In this document: positions 51,045-61,535 of the stretch, piece by piece
Layout: every line of letters starts with the position of its first letter
How positions within the stretch are numbered: position 1 is the first letter of the stretch
Source of the DNA: a virus
IMG/VR virus record: IMGVR_UViG_3300030119_000552
Coordinates: 1 to 64,000 of that record
Direction: 5' to 3' (one strand)
DNA: 64,000 nucleotides
Position numbers and translations under genes: made by a program
The notes under the pieces: generated by a model
Seen by the model: the letters and a program-made list of their open reading frames with translations, nothing else
Databases searched by the model: none
What the model was told of the DNA's origin: nothing

Positions 51045-51674
51045 TTAAATATCTTTCTTGGGAACAGGACCACACGTATAATTGAATTTTTCTATTGATT
51101 TTCTGTGTCGTTGAGCAACAATTGCTCCTGAATGATAGTTGTAGTATTTCCAGTATTCTTCGTTTTTCTTTTTAAATGGAAATGTTCCAATTTTCCTTAG
51201 ACTTTTGTATTCAATGTTTAACTTTTCACATAAAGTTTTATAGTCTTCGTCAAGATTCTCAAATCGCATATAATGATCCATTGTAGGACTACCTTTTTTA
51301 TCAAAGTAAAATGGTTGGTTGAAGTGAGTATAATTTCCAATCCACCTTGCAAACTGCTCTTTGAATTCATAACCATCAAATTTCATTTTTAAAAGTTTAT
51401 CAATGTTCTCTCTGTGATTTTTTCCAACTAAACCACCATCTTGCCACCAAAAATAAGAAACCATACGATCCCAAGGATTTCGTGTAATTGTAAACTTAAA
51501 ATAATTGTTGAACTTTTTTTTGCCTACTATGTGTAGTGTATCTTTGGGGTTTCTGTGAGTGGTGTCTATAACATCTTTATCACCACACTGCTCAATCAAA
51601 TTGTGTTCAACACTATTACCACCGACCTTCCAAGGTTTGAAAAATATAAACTTGTGTTTGTGAGATATAATCAT
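51045..51674 (-). CDS. sulfotransferase (family 2)
   Basis: IISHKHKFIF..K.GG.S, RNPWDR.VS, RFENL. Confidence 0.85.
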   Translation of the reverse strand: MIISHKHKFIFFKPWKVGGNSVEHNLIEQCGDKDVIDTTHRNPKDTLHIVGKKKFNNYFKFTITRNPWDRMVSYFWWQDGGLVGKNHRENIDKLLKMKFDGYEFKEQFARWIGNYTHFNQPFYFDKKGSPTMDHYMRFENLDEDYKTLCEKLNIEYKSLRKIGTFPFKKKNEEYWKYYNYHSGAIVAQRHRKSIEKFNYTCGPVPKKDI

Positions 51675-52624
51675 TTTCCATACACTTCTTTAAATTTTTC
51701 TATGAACTGATTTAACTCCGATATAGGTAATTCGTTTACACCCGCTGCTTTCTCACGACCACCACCTGTTGGGAATTGCAATGCAAGTTTGCTTGCTCCA
51801 AATGGATTGGTTTTTGGTGACCGAATACTTACACGATAGTTTTCTTCGTCTACCAATGTTAAAATCGCGAAGGCTTTGTTTGGATTATCAGTAGTTTGTT
51901 GATTACTATATATTCCCGAATAACGGATTGATGCTTTGGTGTCGGGAAGTAGTATCACTTTACCTTTGTCTGTATCGTGTAAAATCTCAGAAGAACTTAG
52001 TTCTGCTTTATCTGAAATCATTTGCGTATAAATTTTGTTAAAGATTTCCGATTTTTTTCTGTATTGAAACGGAGATTCATATTGATGTAAATCAAGATAC
52101 ACGTCTTTCGGATCAACTGTTAAATCCGATAATTCATTTCCGTATCCATTGTAGTTTAGTGTTTCACCAATTTCTTTTAGTTGACTCATAGAACTTTCAT
52201 TGAAGCAAGGATTTAGTTTTTCTGCTTGTTCGTGTAAATTATCTCCATAAGCACCACATATTGTCCACGGACGATACAATCCTTCAAGAAAATTATCTAC
52301 AAGAATGTTGGTGCAACAATTTGGGTCTGCGTCTACTTTTATTGAAAAGTTATCACCAAGTTCAGTTTCACCTGGTTCGTGGTGATCAAACCATCTTACT
52401 ATGTTATTGTTATTTAGTATTTCATCTATGTAGTCTTTGTTAGACAATAATGAAATATCAAAAACAGAAAGAGTTGAGTTTTTAAAACTGACTGCGTGTC
52501 TTAAAAGTTTTACATCTCGTTTTACTCCTGTGAAAACTTCACTTTCTTGTGGAAAATGCAAACGATATTGATGCAAACTGATTATACCATCTGCATCTCC
52601 ATTGAAGAAATCGTAGTACTTCAT
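51671..52624 (-). CDS. DHH-family phosphoesterase
   Basis: NGDADG, FDHH, VSIR, GGGR..AAG. Confidence 0.85.
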   Translation of the reverse strand: MKYYDFFNGDADGIISLHQYRLHFPQESEVFTGVKRDVKLLRHAVSFKNSTLSVFDISLLSNKDYIDEILNNNNIVRWFDHHEPGETELGDNFSIKVDADPNCCTNILVDNFLEGLYRPWTICGAYGDNLHEQAEKLNPCFNESSMSQLKEIGETLNYNGYGNELSDLTVDPKDVYLDLHQYESPFQYRKKSEIFNKIYTQMISDKAELSSSEILHDTDKGKVILLPDTKASIRYSGIYSNQQTTDNPNKAFAILTLVDEENYRVSIRSPKTNPFGASKLALQFPTGGGREKAAGVNELPISELNQFIEKFKEVYGK

Positions 52625-52625
52625 T

Positions 52626-53468
52626 TTATTCCTCGGCAACTGCACGACCTTTGTCTGCTTTCCAATCCTGCTCTGGTCGATCTATTTCTTCATTTCTTTT
52701 AATTACTGCATCTAAAATTGGTGATTCAATTCCATTTTCTTTTGCAAAATTGGCCAATGCGTTTGTGTCTTTTGGAAAACAAGTTCCTCCAAACCCACGA
52801 TGACCATCGTGTCCTGGTACTTTGGTATGACCTGTTCCGATTCGTTTATCTTGTGTAGCAATACAACGAACATTTTCATAATCAATACCAAGCTCCGAAC
52901 ATATGCTTTCAAGTTCGTTAAAGAATCCAACCTTAACACTTAAAAACACATTCTTCAAGTACTTGATCATTTCTGCTTCACTTGGTTTGCATTGAATAAC
53001 TTCTTTATTGACAACCGAACCATTTCCATTATTATATGCCAATTCAAACATACGTTTTGTTTTTTCATATAAAAAAGGATCAGTAGAACCAAGTATCCAT
53101 TGATCGCAATTCTTAAAATCTTCTTCCCAATTTTTCTCGGTAAGAAATTCTGGCATGAAGTTTACGTCAAGTTCTTCACTTGTTCCAGGTGGAATTGTGG
53201 AACGTAACACGATATATTTGCTATCATCTATTTCTTGAATTTCTTCACATACTGCACGAACAATATCAAGATTTGCACTTCCGTCTGAATTCATTGGTGT
53301 GGGAACTGCAACGAAAATAATTTCGGACTCCTCTACAAATGTTTCAATATCCAATGTTTTAGGGTCTCTTTTTTCGGGAACTACATCCCATACCAATACT
53401 TCTACGTGTGGTCTAAGCAATGTCATTGCATGACCCACGAAACCATTACCAACTACTCCAATTTTCAT
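52626..53468 (-). CDS. UDP-glucose/GDP-mannose dehydrogenase family protein (short form)
   Basis: GNGFVG, VPTP, PEFL, GFGGTCFPKD. Confidence 0.9.
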   Translation of the reverse strand: MKIGVVGNGFVGHAMTLLRPHVEVLVWDVVPEKRDPKTLDIETFVEESEIIFVAVPTPMNSDGSANLDIVRAVCEEIQEIDDSKYIVLRSTIPPGTSEELDVNFMPEFLTEKNWEEDFKNCDQWILGSTDPFLYEKTKRMFELAYNNGNGSVVNKEVIQCKPSEAEMIKYLKNVFLSVKVGFFNELESICSELGIDYENVRCIATQDKRIGTGHTKVPGHDGHRGFGGTCFPKDTNALANFAKENGIESPILDAVIKRNEEIDRPEQDWKADKGRAVAEE

Positions 53469-53535
53469 ATAACGCAATCTCCATTTAATTAATGCGATAT
53501 AACCTTTTATAATAAATATGTAATAGATTGCTTTA

Positions 53536-54342
53536 TTACTTGAATTTGCGTTTTATTCTATCAATTACATTTTTATCAGAAGCATTTGTTGAGTTTCCTA
53601 ACGAAGACCCAAATATACTCAATACCTCATTTTTGGATAACTTTTTATCATCGTCAACTGCACGGATTTTTTCTTTAGCATCGTGGACACCCTTGATGAT
53701 ATTTGATGTCATTTGACTGCTTGTGATCCCCAACCAAGATATTAGTCCTGGTATTTTACCCACCAACCAAGCTATGAATTGTGTGATAATCGGCAATAAC
53801 GCAGGACCCGCTATAATACAAACTGCTATTGCTCCAAGCAAACCGAATGTTCCTGTCAACCATGCCCATAACGATGAAAAGAATCCATCTTTGTTTTCTT
53901 TTGCTTTCAACTCACCTAAACTGATTAGTTTTTCTTCGGTGTCTTTTAAGTCATGTCCGAGAATTTCTTTGCGTCTACTTAATTCAACCACGTCTTTATC
54001 TCTGTCTGCTATATTCTTCACTGCAATTTCATTGTTACTTATCACATCTTCTACGTGGATTTTATCACCAGGTTGCGGTAGTCCAACTATCTCTTGTGCT
54101 TTTTGAGCAAACGACAATGCCACTAAATCTTCTCTGGACTTGTCTTCTGATAAAGATAAAGCATCTACGGTTCCTGATACGAATGCTCTTGTGTGACGAT
54201 TAAGTTCTCCTTCTTTTCTTGCAATCTCACCAGCAATTTCTTGTCGTTGTTCTTTTAGACCCCATGTTACATTAAAGCAACCTTGGTTCGTGGTAGTTAC
54301 AAATAATACAAATGTTGTGGTTAGGATATGTCGCAGTTTCAT
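53536..54342 (-). CDS. membrane protein: signal peptide with Cys, coiled coil, C-terminal TM segments
   Basis: N-terminal ...TTNQGC and a long hydrophobic stretch near aa 155-210. Confidence 0.65.
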   Translation of the reverse strand: MKLRHILTTTFVLFVTTTNQGCFNVTWGLKEQRQEIAGEIARKEGELNRHTRAFVSGTVDALSLSEDKSREDLVALSFAQKAQEIVGLPQPGDKIHVEDVISNNEIAVKNIADRDKDVVELSRRKEILGHDLKDTEEKLISLGELKAKENKDGFFSSLWAWLTGTFGLLGAIAVCIIAGPALLPIITQFIAWLVGKIPGLISWLGITSSQMTSNIIKGVHDAKEKIRAVDDDKKLSKNEVLSIFGSSLGNSTNASDKNVIDRIKRKFK

Positions 54343-54361
54343 ATCCATATATATGTAGTTT

Positions 54362-55222
54362 TTATAGTTTTCCTCGAAATGCAGAAACTTCTGTTGCGAA
54401 TTGCTTGTTGCAGTTTGCTCTGAAATCTTGTGTGTTGGTTTTCAATGTCGTACTTGATTTTATGGGTTGTCTATTTTCAACAACTACCATGTTCGTTAGT
54501 ATATATTGTTGTATATTTTTATTGTGTGTTTTCATAATCTTACAACACTCCATAACAAAGGTGTCATCGGGACCGTATCCAACAAATGATTTGGGTATGC
54601 CTATGTATTTTAATAGATTTGCAGAAATTGCATTAAACCAACCACCACCCCATTTAAATGTATCATTGGGTTTCAAACCAACAGGTCCATAGTTGGTATT
54701 TGCTATTTCGTGTGCATTTGCAGTCTTATAGTAATCGTGAGATTTTTTTAAGAAATTGTGATTTACAATGCAATCCCACGTATTGTCCCACAACTTTATT
54801 ATTTGAGGTGTTATTATGTAGTATTCGTTTATATGCTTAACGTGTTCAACTGCATTTAATTGGTTTGCCAATAAAGTTTCATCAAAGTGTAAATCCGAGT
54901 CGAGAAATATAATGGTGTCTGAGTCGTTTGAATTTTTTATGGTGATTCGTCTGTGTTCGTTTACACCCAAAAACATTTCGTTGTTGTGAATATTGCAGTT
55001 TGACTTTACTGAAATTTTGCTACACACACCTTTGAATGAATTTACTATATTGTCGTGTGTTTCGCTTTTCCAATCAATTAAGGTTGGGTTTGTGTTCAAC
55101 GATACATCGAGTAAAATATCAGAAGTATCGTCTAGGTACTTGATAGAGTTTTCAAAAGTTTCAACGATACCTTGAAATCTTTTTATTTCATGTGGAAAAA
55201 TGTGAATTGAAATTATTATCAT
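54362..55222 (-). CDS. GT-A-like glycosyltransferase
   Basis: FLDSD, GYGPDD. Confidence 0.6.
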   Translation of the reverse strand: MIIISIHIFPHEIKRFQGIVETFENSIKYLDDTSDILLDVSLNTNPTLIDWKSETHDNIVNSFKGVCSKISVKSNCNIHNNEMFLGVNEHRRITIKNSNDSDTIIFLDSDLHFDETLLANQLNAVEHVKHINEYYIITPQIIKLWDNTWDCIVNHNFLKKSHDYYKTANAHEIANTNYGPVGLKPNDTFKWGGGWFNAISANLLKYIGIPKSFVGYGPDDTFVMECCKIMKTHNKNIQQYILTNMVVVENRQPIKSSTTLKTNTQDFRANCNKQFATEVSAFRGKL

Positions 55223-56955
55223 GTTAATATCAACTCCCAACTTCTATTGATGTAATCTGCTTCTTCTGAATCGTGTAGGTTTATCAAACGACCATGAAGT
55301 GTTTCGTAAAATGCTTTTTCTTTTTTTAATATACAATCCCTACCCACAAAAAAAGAATTGTTTATATTGTATCGGAGTTGTACACCATCGTGGATTACCA
55401 CATTATTTGTTTTCTTTCCTATGGTTCTTTTTAGTAATGTGACTGACTGAGTTGGTATATATTTGGTAACCCAATTTATATAGTTATGATGACTGTCAAC
55501 TACATTGTGTTTTTCATAATCTTTGATGTGGGTATCATCATTAACATAAAAGTTTTTAAATCCAGTTGTAATGTATGTTAATCTAGTTTCGTTGGTGGCA
55601 TCTGTTATTAAAGTGTTTATAGTTTTTTGATACGAATTATCTGAAATCTTCAGTTTATCCGAGAGGAACACCACCACATCGGGTATGTTGTCGTAATTGG
55701 TTACTATAAAATTCAAATATGTTTCTGCGTCACCAGAGCCTATGTTTGATATTAAAGTTGAACTATTCGGATGAGGTGACTTATCAACTACCACATGAAA
55801 ATCGGCGACTATTCGTTTGATTGCAAAATACTCTTCTTTTGTTTTTGATGCAACTATTCCAACTTTCAAATTTTTATTTATTTTTGGCATTCTCGATGTA
55901 ATTTGTTTTTTGAGTTGCAGTTCGTGTAAGTTGTCGGTTTCAAGTTTTGTAACATCGTATTCTGGATTTTTTTTCAATATTAGTTTTAATATTTTATTTC
56001 TATAAGATAAGTTTTTATTTATCACTCCAATGAAACCATCCTCGTCTCTTGTTTTAAAGTATGTTCTTATTTCTGATTTAAGTTCTTTGTTATTTAATGT
56101 ATACAAACCCGAGGAAGTTGGTAATAGGTCTTTTTTTGGGTTGTACATTGTTCGTTTTATTATAGATTCTCTTGACTGATATTTTCTTTTGGTAAAAGTC
56201 CCATGATATTCGACATATATTGTATTTGGTGCAAACGAAACTTTATTTATTTTTGTGTAATTCCGATCAACCCAATCTAGGTAATCATTTAAAAATTCTG
56301 ATGTAGTTCCTTTGAAAAATCTATCGTCTTTGATAGTTGGTATTAACTCATCCTTTGAATAAACACAGCCGAGTAAATTCAAGAAATCTCCTGTTCCAAC
56401 TATTGCGTTCTCGTATAAATAAAAATGTTCAAGGACATCTCGGTGGTATCCATATGCATATCCTGGCTCACCAGGTCGCTTCAAAATTTTGTGTAGTTCG
56501 GGTTTGGTATTATTAAAATAATAACTCGTAGATTTCATAACACAACTTTTGTTTGATGGTAGTAACTTTATGCAAGTTTCAAACAACTGAACCACTTTGT
56601 GCTTCTTGATGGATTTAATTGACTTGGTCACCCAATCGTGGTTGGAGAATAAAATGTCTGCATCAACCCATGCGATATACTTGTATCCACGTTTGTATAA
56701 ATCACGAATTCCTATATTAAGTAATTGCTCTTTTTGCCAATACACCTCGTTTGATTGGAGTGAGATTGTGTTTTTGTGAATGTTTGATGCTCTATACTTT
56801 GCATCATCAGAATACGATTCAACTACGACAAGTTCTATATCGTCTTGTTCTGATATTTTTTGGTGGAATGATACAAAATTAATATATCTAGACAAATAGT
56901 TGCACGGATTGAAATAACAACACACCACACCAAGTTTATCATCTTTGAGTTCCAT
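55219..56955 (-). CDS. glycosyltransferase-like protein with a DUF3431-like C-terminus
   Basis: WQKE.LLN, WVDAD; ETYL.FI..NYD..PD..VF. Confidence 0.6.
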   Translation of the reverse strand: MELKDDKLGVVCCYFNPCNYLSRYINFVSFHQKISEQDDIELVVVESYSDDAKYRASNIHKNTISLQSNEVYWQKEQLLNIGIRDLYKRGYKYIAWVDADILFSNHDWVTKSIKSIKKHKVVQLFETCIKLLPSNKSCVMKSTSYYFNNTKPELHKILKRPGEPGYAYGYHRDVLEHFYLYENAIVGTGDFLNLLGCVYSKDELIPTIKDDRFFKGTTSEFLNDYLDWVDRNYTKINKVSFAPNTIYVEYHGTFTKRKYQSRESIIKRTMYNPKKDLLPTSSGLYTLNNKELKSEIRTYFKTRDEDGFIGVINKNLSYRNKILKLILKKNPEYDVTKLETDNLHELQLKKQITSRMPKINKNLKVGIVASKTKEEYFAIKRIVADFHVVVDKSPHPNSSTLISNIGSGDAETYLNFIVTNYDNIPDVVVFLSDKLKISDNSYQKTINTLITDATNETRLTYITTGFKNFYVNDDTHIKDYEKHNVVDSHHNYINWVTKYIPTQSVTLLKRTIGKKTNNVVIHDGVQLRYNINNSFFVGRDCILKKEKAFYETLHGRLINLHDSEEADYINRSWELILT

Positions 56956-57571
56956 CTGCGTTGTAATTCCTATCGTATCTGTCGTTGTTTGCAACTTGCC
57001 CTTCTATATCTTTTATATGAAGTATATCAAGACCTACATTACCAGGAAGTCTTCCAAATGTGACATGACCTTCTATGTATTCATGTAAGGGTCTTACCCA
57101 TTTTATTTCGTTAGAGTTTTTATATATACGACCTTGATAATCTGGATAATTAATTCGTTGTTTTTCATCACATACCCAATTCCACTTTGTTAAATGATGT
57201 TGTTGTATACCGTGAACTATATTCTCTCTTGGAACGAGTAACAAATCGACTTTGTTTGCATTTATTATTTCTTTAATATTGTGCAATAATAACTCGGTTG
57301 GTAATTCGTCTGCATCTAATTGGAATATGTACTCTTTGGTACACAACCTGTTAAGGTTGTTTTTATGTTCTGCGTAATTACCGGTGAACTTTGATGAGTG
57401 TACATTTTTACATAAATTTAATGTTTTTAAAGTATGCGTATTTGTAGAATAATCATCTAATATAATCAACTCATCGTCTGTATCTATATACTGATTTATT
57501 CGGTTTACCAACTTTTCAAAAGAAATTGTTTCGTTGTGTGTGGTTATTGCATAACTGATTGATGTTGTCAT
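56939..57571 (-). CDS. GT2 glycosyltransferase
   Basis: SYAIT..NE, LDDYS, QLDADE, PDYQ.R, LHE. Confidence 0.85.
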   Translation of the reverse strand: MTTSISYAITTHNETISFEKLVNRINQYIDTDDELIILDDYSTNTHTLKTLNLCKNVHSSKFTGNYAEHKNNLNRLCTKEYIFQLDADELPTELLLHNIKEIINANKVDLLLVPRENIVHGIQQHHLTKWNWVCDEKQRINYPDYQGRIYKNSNEIKWVRPLHEYIEGHVTFGRLPGNVGLDILHIKDIEGQVANNDRYDRNYNADGTQR

Positions 57572-58290
57572 TTTAGTAAATCGTCTATTTCATTCATGTC
57601 AGTTGTGGATGTTTCATCTATATACTTTTCAATATCAAGCACCGCCTCCACGAAATTATCAACACTTCCAAATCTTGATAAAATTAATTTTGTAAATATA
57701 TCATCTTTTAATTTCATCGTATTAACATTTACAACTTCATTTAAAACCCTTACCTCATCTTGTATGTCTTTTAATGTTTCTTGTTTACTGATTAATAAGT
57801 CTCTTGCTTTTTTATTAGAAGGAGGGAATAGTGTGGCATAATTTAATGTTCCCACCTTGGGTTGTTTTATTAAGTGAGTAAAATAAGTACGGTAGCAAGG
57901 ATAAGTTCCTAAATAAGTTTGTATATATTTTTGATAAAAAGTCTTAGGCCTGTCAATTATCTCAGTAATCGGTGCTTTCATTTCATATCTTCTTTTTATC
58001 AAAGTAAGTGTGTCTTGAGTAATCAATCTCTTAAGAAAAGTTCTGAATTCCAACCAAGGTACATGGGATAAATTTAATCCATGAAGTAATCTACCTCCAC
58101 CTGCTGGATTTAATCTCTGATTTAATACGAATACTAATCTAGGTACAGTACCAGTTCCACTTGATTTCCGTCGACTTCTTTCTTCTGGATATCTGAATGT
58201 TATTAATTGACCACGTTTAACTTTGGGAATGGAAGTTGGGAGGAATCCCGCAACCATTTTGTTTCGGTATGCAGGGAAATAGGTTTTCAT
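57568..58290 (-). CDS. hypothetical protein, weak resemblance to T4 gp2-like DNA end protector
   Basis: P.LVFVL...HGLNL..VP...YRTY. Confidence 0.4.
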   Translation of the reverse strand: MKTYFPAYRNKMVAGFLPTSIPKVKRGQLITFRYPEERSRRKSSGTGTVPRLVFVLNQRLNPAGGGRLLHGLNLSHVPWLEFRTFLKRLITQDTLTLIKRRYEMKAPITEIIDRPKTFYQKYIQTYLGTYPCYRTYFTHLIKQPKVGTLNYATLFPPSNKKARDLLISKQETLKDIQDEVRVLNEVVNVNTMKLKDDIFTKLILSRFGSVDNFVEAVLDIEKYIDETSTTDMNEIDDLLK

Positions 58291-58291
58291 G

Positions 58292-59533
58292 TCAAGGAAG
58301 TTTTTTGATAGTAGGTAGTTTTATTTCAACACATTCTGCTTTTTGTGGGATGTACTTGTTGAATATATTGTCATATATATTAAATATTGATGTCTTACTA
58401 AACTTATCAACATTGATTTCCGCAAGAACCTTTGCCCTTTTAAGATGCTTATCGTAGTTACTGAATACGTCAATCATCAATTCACGACTTCTGTTTTCAT
58501 CTACATTAAACCACTTTGCTCCTTGGCAGAATAATGAATTAACCACACCGACCTCCGTTAGTTTTCCAGGAATCAAAGATGAATGTTTCTTTGGCAGAAA
58601 GTCCAAATGGCCTGACCACTTTGATGCTATTACTGGTTTCCCACTCAAAGATGCTTCCAACAAGGGTCTACCAAAACCCTCTCCCTTTGTATGACTGATG
58701 TGACATTTTATTTTTGAATGATTATATAAAGTTGCCATTTCCGATTCGGTTAAATCTCCGTGGAGTAGGTACACACTAGGTGGATTATTTATCTCACCTA
58801 CACACTCTCTGATTCTTTTTTCAATATCAACTTGGTCAATTAAACTGAAACCCGTGCCACTTGTTTTTAATATAAGTGCTGGTTTGTTTTCATCTGCATC
58901 AAATGTAGATGTGAATGTTTGAATTAGTGACTTTATGTTTTTTCTACCACCATCATCTGATGTAGATGTTATCCATTGACCGACAAACAGAAAACAAAAC
59001 TCTTCTTGTATAGAATCGAGTTTAGAGTTTATAGTCTCACTGTTTGGTTGATTTTTGTAATAGAAATTTTCACTAACGGATTCTGGTATTACTTCAATTG
59101 GTGTTGTACATTTTATCTGTTCACCCTCATGTGAGTATTGTGAGTTTGTTAATGTTTCTTTTGTAAACTCCGATGGAACTAAAACCAAGTCCATTTTGTT
59201 ACACCCTTCTATAAATTGAAGTGGGCATATATTTGTTTCTACTCCGGCGGTTATTCCGACATTATATTTTCCAAGTGTCTTAAATTCTGTTGGTAAACCA
59301 AGGTGAATGCATACGTCGTACTCACCACTCGTTGCCGATGGTTGTATACGTTCTATTAATTTTTTGGTAACAGACAACTCATTATCCAAGGCATTCATTG
59401 GATTGCTCCCCCAATTCGTGACTACAAATGAAGAATCCCAATCACATAAATACTCACCAACTTCACGTGCGTGTTCTCCATATCCACTTCTAGATGCAAG
59501 TGGTGAAATGAATATTGTTTTATTATTTTTCAT
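58292..59533 (-). CDS. GT4 (GT-B) glycosyltransferase
   Basis: SGYG, RKNI, GEGFGRPLLEA...GKP. Confidence 0.9.
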   Translation of the reverse strand: MKNNKTIFISPLASRSGYGEHAREVGEYLCDWDSSFVVTNWGSNPMNALDNELSVTKKLIERIQPSATSGEYDVCIHLGLPTEFKTLGKYNVGITAGVETNICPLQFIEGCNKMDLVLVPSEFTKETLTNSQYSHEGEQIKCTTPIEVIPESVSENFYYKNQPNSETINSKLDSIQEEFCFLFVGQWITSTSDDGGRKNIKSLIQTFTSTFDADENKPALILKTSGTGFSLIDQVDIEKRIRECVGEINNPPSVYLLHGDLTESEMATLYNHSKIKCHISHTKGEGFGRPLLEASLSGKPVIASKWSGHLDFLPKKHSSLIPGKLTEVGVVNSLFCQGAKWFNVDENRSRELMIDVFSNYDKHLKRAKVLAEINVDKFSKTSIFNIYDNIFNKYIPQKAECVEIKLPTIKKLP

Positions 59534-60792
59534 TACACTACCTTAATACATTTGAAACTTTCACGTGGAGTATGGGTTTCTATTGCCGTTTCAATTCCTC
59601 TGTATACACCTTCACACATATCTTCAAGTGTATATCCATTGTTTAATATAAAATCTCTACCAAGCAATCCCATTGCTTTTCGTTCATCATAGTTTTTTTC
59701 ATATAGTTCGTTTATGGCAGTTGCTACTTCTTCTGCACAACATATATCATCGTATATATAAGGCACATTAGGACTTCCTATCAAGTTGCGAACTTTGGGT
59801 GATATACCAATTCCCCATGAATTATCTGAATCAATTTGCTCTGACAATCCTCCTGTTTTGTTAACGATAATTGGTGTTCCTGCGGATAACGATTCTAAGG
59901 TGGAAAGACCAAATCCTTCGTTTGATGCTAAGTTGATGGTAACATCTGCTGAATTATACATTTGATTTAACGTTTCGTCCGAAACGACTTGGTTTGAAAA
60001 TATTATGTTTCGATTAGGATATAATTCATTAACGAGTGTATGTAAGTTTGAACCATATGGGTTTTCGGGATTCGTATGAACCAATAAAGCAACATTTTCG
60101 GCATCGGATGCTTTCAAGTTTCCACAAAATTTATCAAACGCATCAAATGTGAGTAATAATTGCTTTCGTCTTATATTCGTATTATTTGCAAACACCATAA
60201 ATTTACATGAGTTTTCTAGAATGTTCTCACGACATCTTATTGAGTTTGATTCGTTAAGTGGACTATAAACTTTTGTATCAACTCCGTGGGGAACATATGA
60301 ATGATTTTCAAAGCTACTCGTACTTTTTACACATTCATGTGTCAACTTGCTTATACACCCAATCCAATCACATGAGTCATATATAGTCTTATTATACATT
60401 GGAACTGGATCATTATCCCATACATGATAATAACACAGTGGAATGGTTTGTCTGATTTCGTTTTCCATTCTATACATCCATTCCCAATTCCTTGGATCGG
60501 TTATGTGTAATATTGCATCGGGATTTTCTTGACTAATAACTTGTCTTAAAATAGAAGGACTTCCATAACCAGATGTACAATATAATCTTACATACGAGTT
60601 TTTGCAATTAACTAAATTATTAACAGACTCAGATACGTCTACTACATTACCATCATCAGGATTTGTTTTTTGAGCAGCTATTTGAATCCAATCATATTTT
60701 TCTACACCCGACAAAACAAGTTGTTTGCATACGCGGGACACACCTGATATAACTCGAATATCGTCCCCTAGAAGCAATATTTTTTTCTTCAT
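59533..60792 (-). CDS. GT4 (GT-B) glycosyltransferase
   Basis: VPHGVD, RRKQ, NEGFGLSTLES..AGTP. Confidence 0.9.
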   Translation of the reverse strand: MKKKILLLGDDIRVISGVSRVCKQLVLSGVEKYDWIQIAAQKTNPDDGNVVDVSESVNNLVNCKNSYVRLYCTSGYGSPSILRQVISQENPDAILHITDPRNWEWMYRMENEIRQTIPLCYYHVWDNDPVPMYNKTIYDSCDWIGCISKLTHECVKSTSSFENHSYVPHGVDTKVYSPLNESNSIRCRENILENSCKFMVFANNTNIRRKQLLLTFDAFDKFCGNLKASDAENVALLVHTNPENPYGSNLHTLVNELYPNRNIIFSNQVVSDETLNQMYNSADVTINLASNEGFGLSTLESLSAGTPIIVNKTGGLSEQIDSDNSWGIGISPKVRNLIGSPNVPYIYDDICCAEEVATAINELYEKNYDERKAMGLLGRDFILNNGYTLEDMCEGVYRGIETAIETHTPRESFKCIKVV

Positions 60793-60798
60793 ACAAAA

Positions 60799-60827
60799 AC
60801 AATACTAAGTAATTGCACGAAAGTCAA
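60799..60827 (-). promoter_or_regulatory. sigma70-like promoter, probably leaderless
   Basis: TTGACT-N17-TATTGT, with the -10 box 6 nt before the ATG. Confidence 0.65.
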
Positions 60828-61025
60828 TCAATACTTTTTATTGTTTGTGATTGGGGCAGCCTCGTCGAGTTGTTTCTTAAAATCAGACTCACTAAGATAT
60901 AAATGAATAGCACGATTAACAAGTTTTTGCAAAGTCATATCAGAATTTAATGTTTTCATTTTAAATTCGGAGTAGTTTTCTGATAACACTTTAACCGTGG
61001 TCAGTTTGTAATTGGCATCGTTCAT
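60828..61025 (-). CDS. small ribbon-helix-helix-like protein
   Basis: Beta strand LTTVKV followed by two helices. Confidence 0.55.
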   Translation of the reverse strand: MNDANYKLTTVKVLSENYSEFKMKTLNSDMTLQKLVNRAIHLYLSESDFKKQLDEAAPITNNKKY

Positions 61026-61092
61026 TTAATGATAAATATACATGAAAAACACTTTTCGCACAATCTTCCAAAAAATGATAGAGTTTTTATAA

Positions 61093-61488
61093 TCATACCA
61101 CGTCCCACTTAGGTGGGTTTAATGGACACCGACTTGTTGCAAGAAGTAATTTTCCACTACTACAGCCGCATTTTTTACATCTAGCTATATTGGTAGTACC
61201 TACTTCTTGCCAAAACTCGCAACTTCTACAAATTATAATTCTCTCATTCCATTGTTCTGAAGTGACCACTGGACGGCCTGCTTTTTGCCACGCAATTAAT
61301 GATGTAGTTAAATTCTTTGCCAATCCAAAAAAACCCAACCTTTCAGCATTTGATTGCGTGGGTTCATTTTGTAAAGTGCTATCTTTTTTAGTAACGGGCG
61401 TTGGAGTTGATTTTATCGTTTCCTTTAATATTGGTGCAGGAGTAGGTGTATCGTCTTCTTTTTTATATCTTTTAAAAATTTTACCCAT
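61093..61488 (-). CDS. Cys-rich small protein
   Basis: R...C..C...C..CGC......CP....W. Confidence 0.7.
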   Translation of the reverse strand: MGKIFKRYKKEDDTPTPAPILKETIKSTPTPVTKKDSTLQNEPTQSNAERLGFFGLAKNLTTSLIAWQKAGRPVVTSEQWNERIIICRSCEFWQEVGTTNIARCKKCGCSSGKLLLATSRCPLNPPKWDVV

Positions 61489-61535
61489 TTGACTGAGAAC
61501 CTTTGTAAAATTAAATCTATCCTAAATACTTATAT

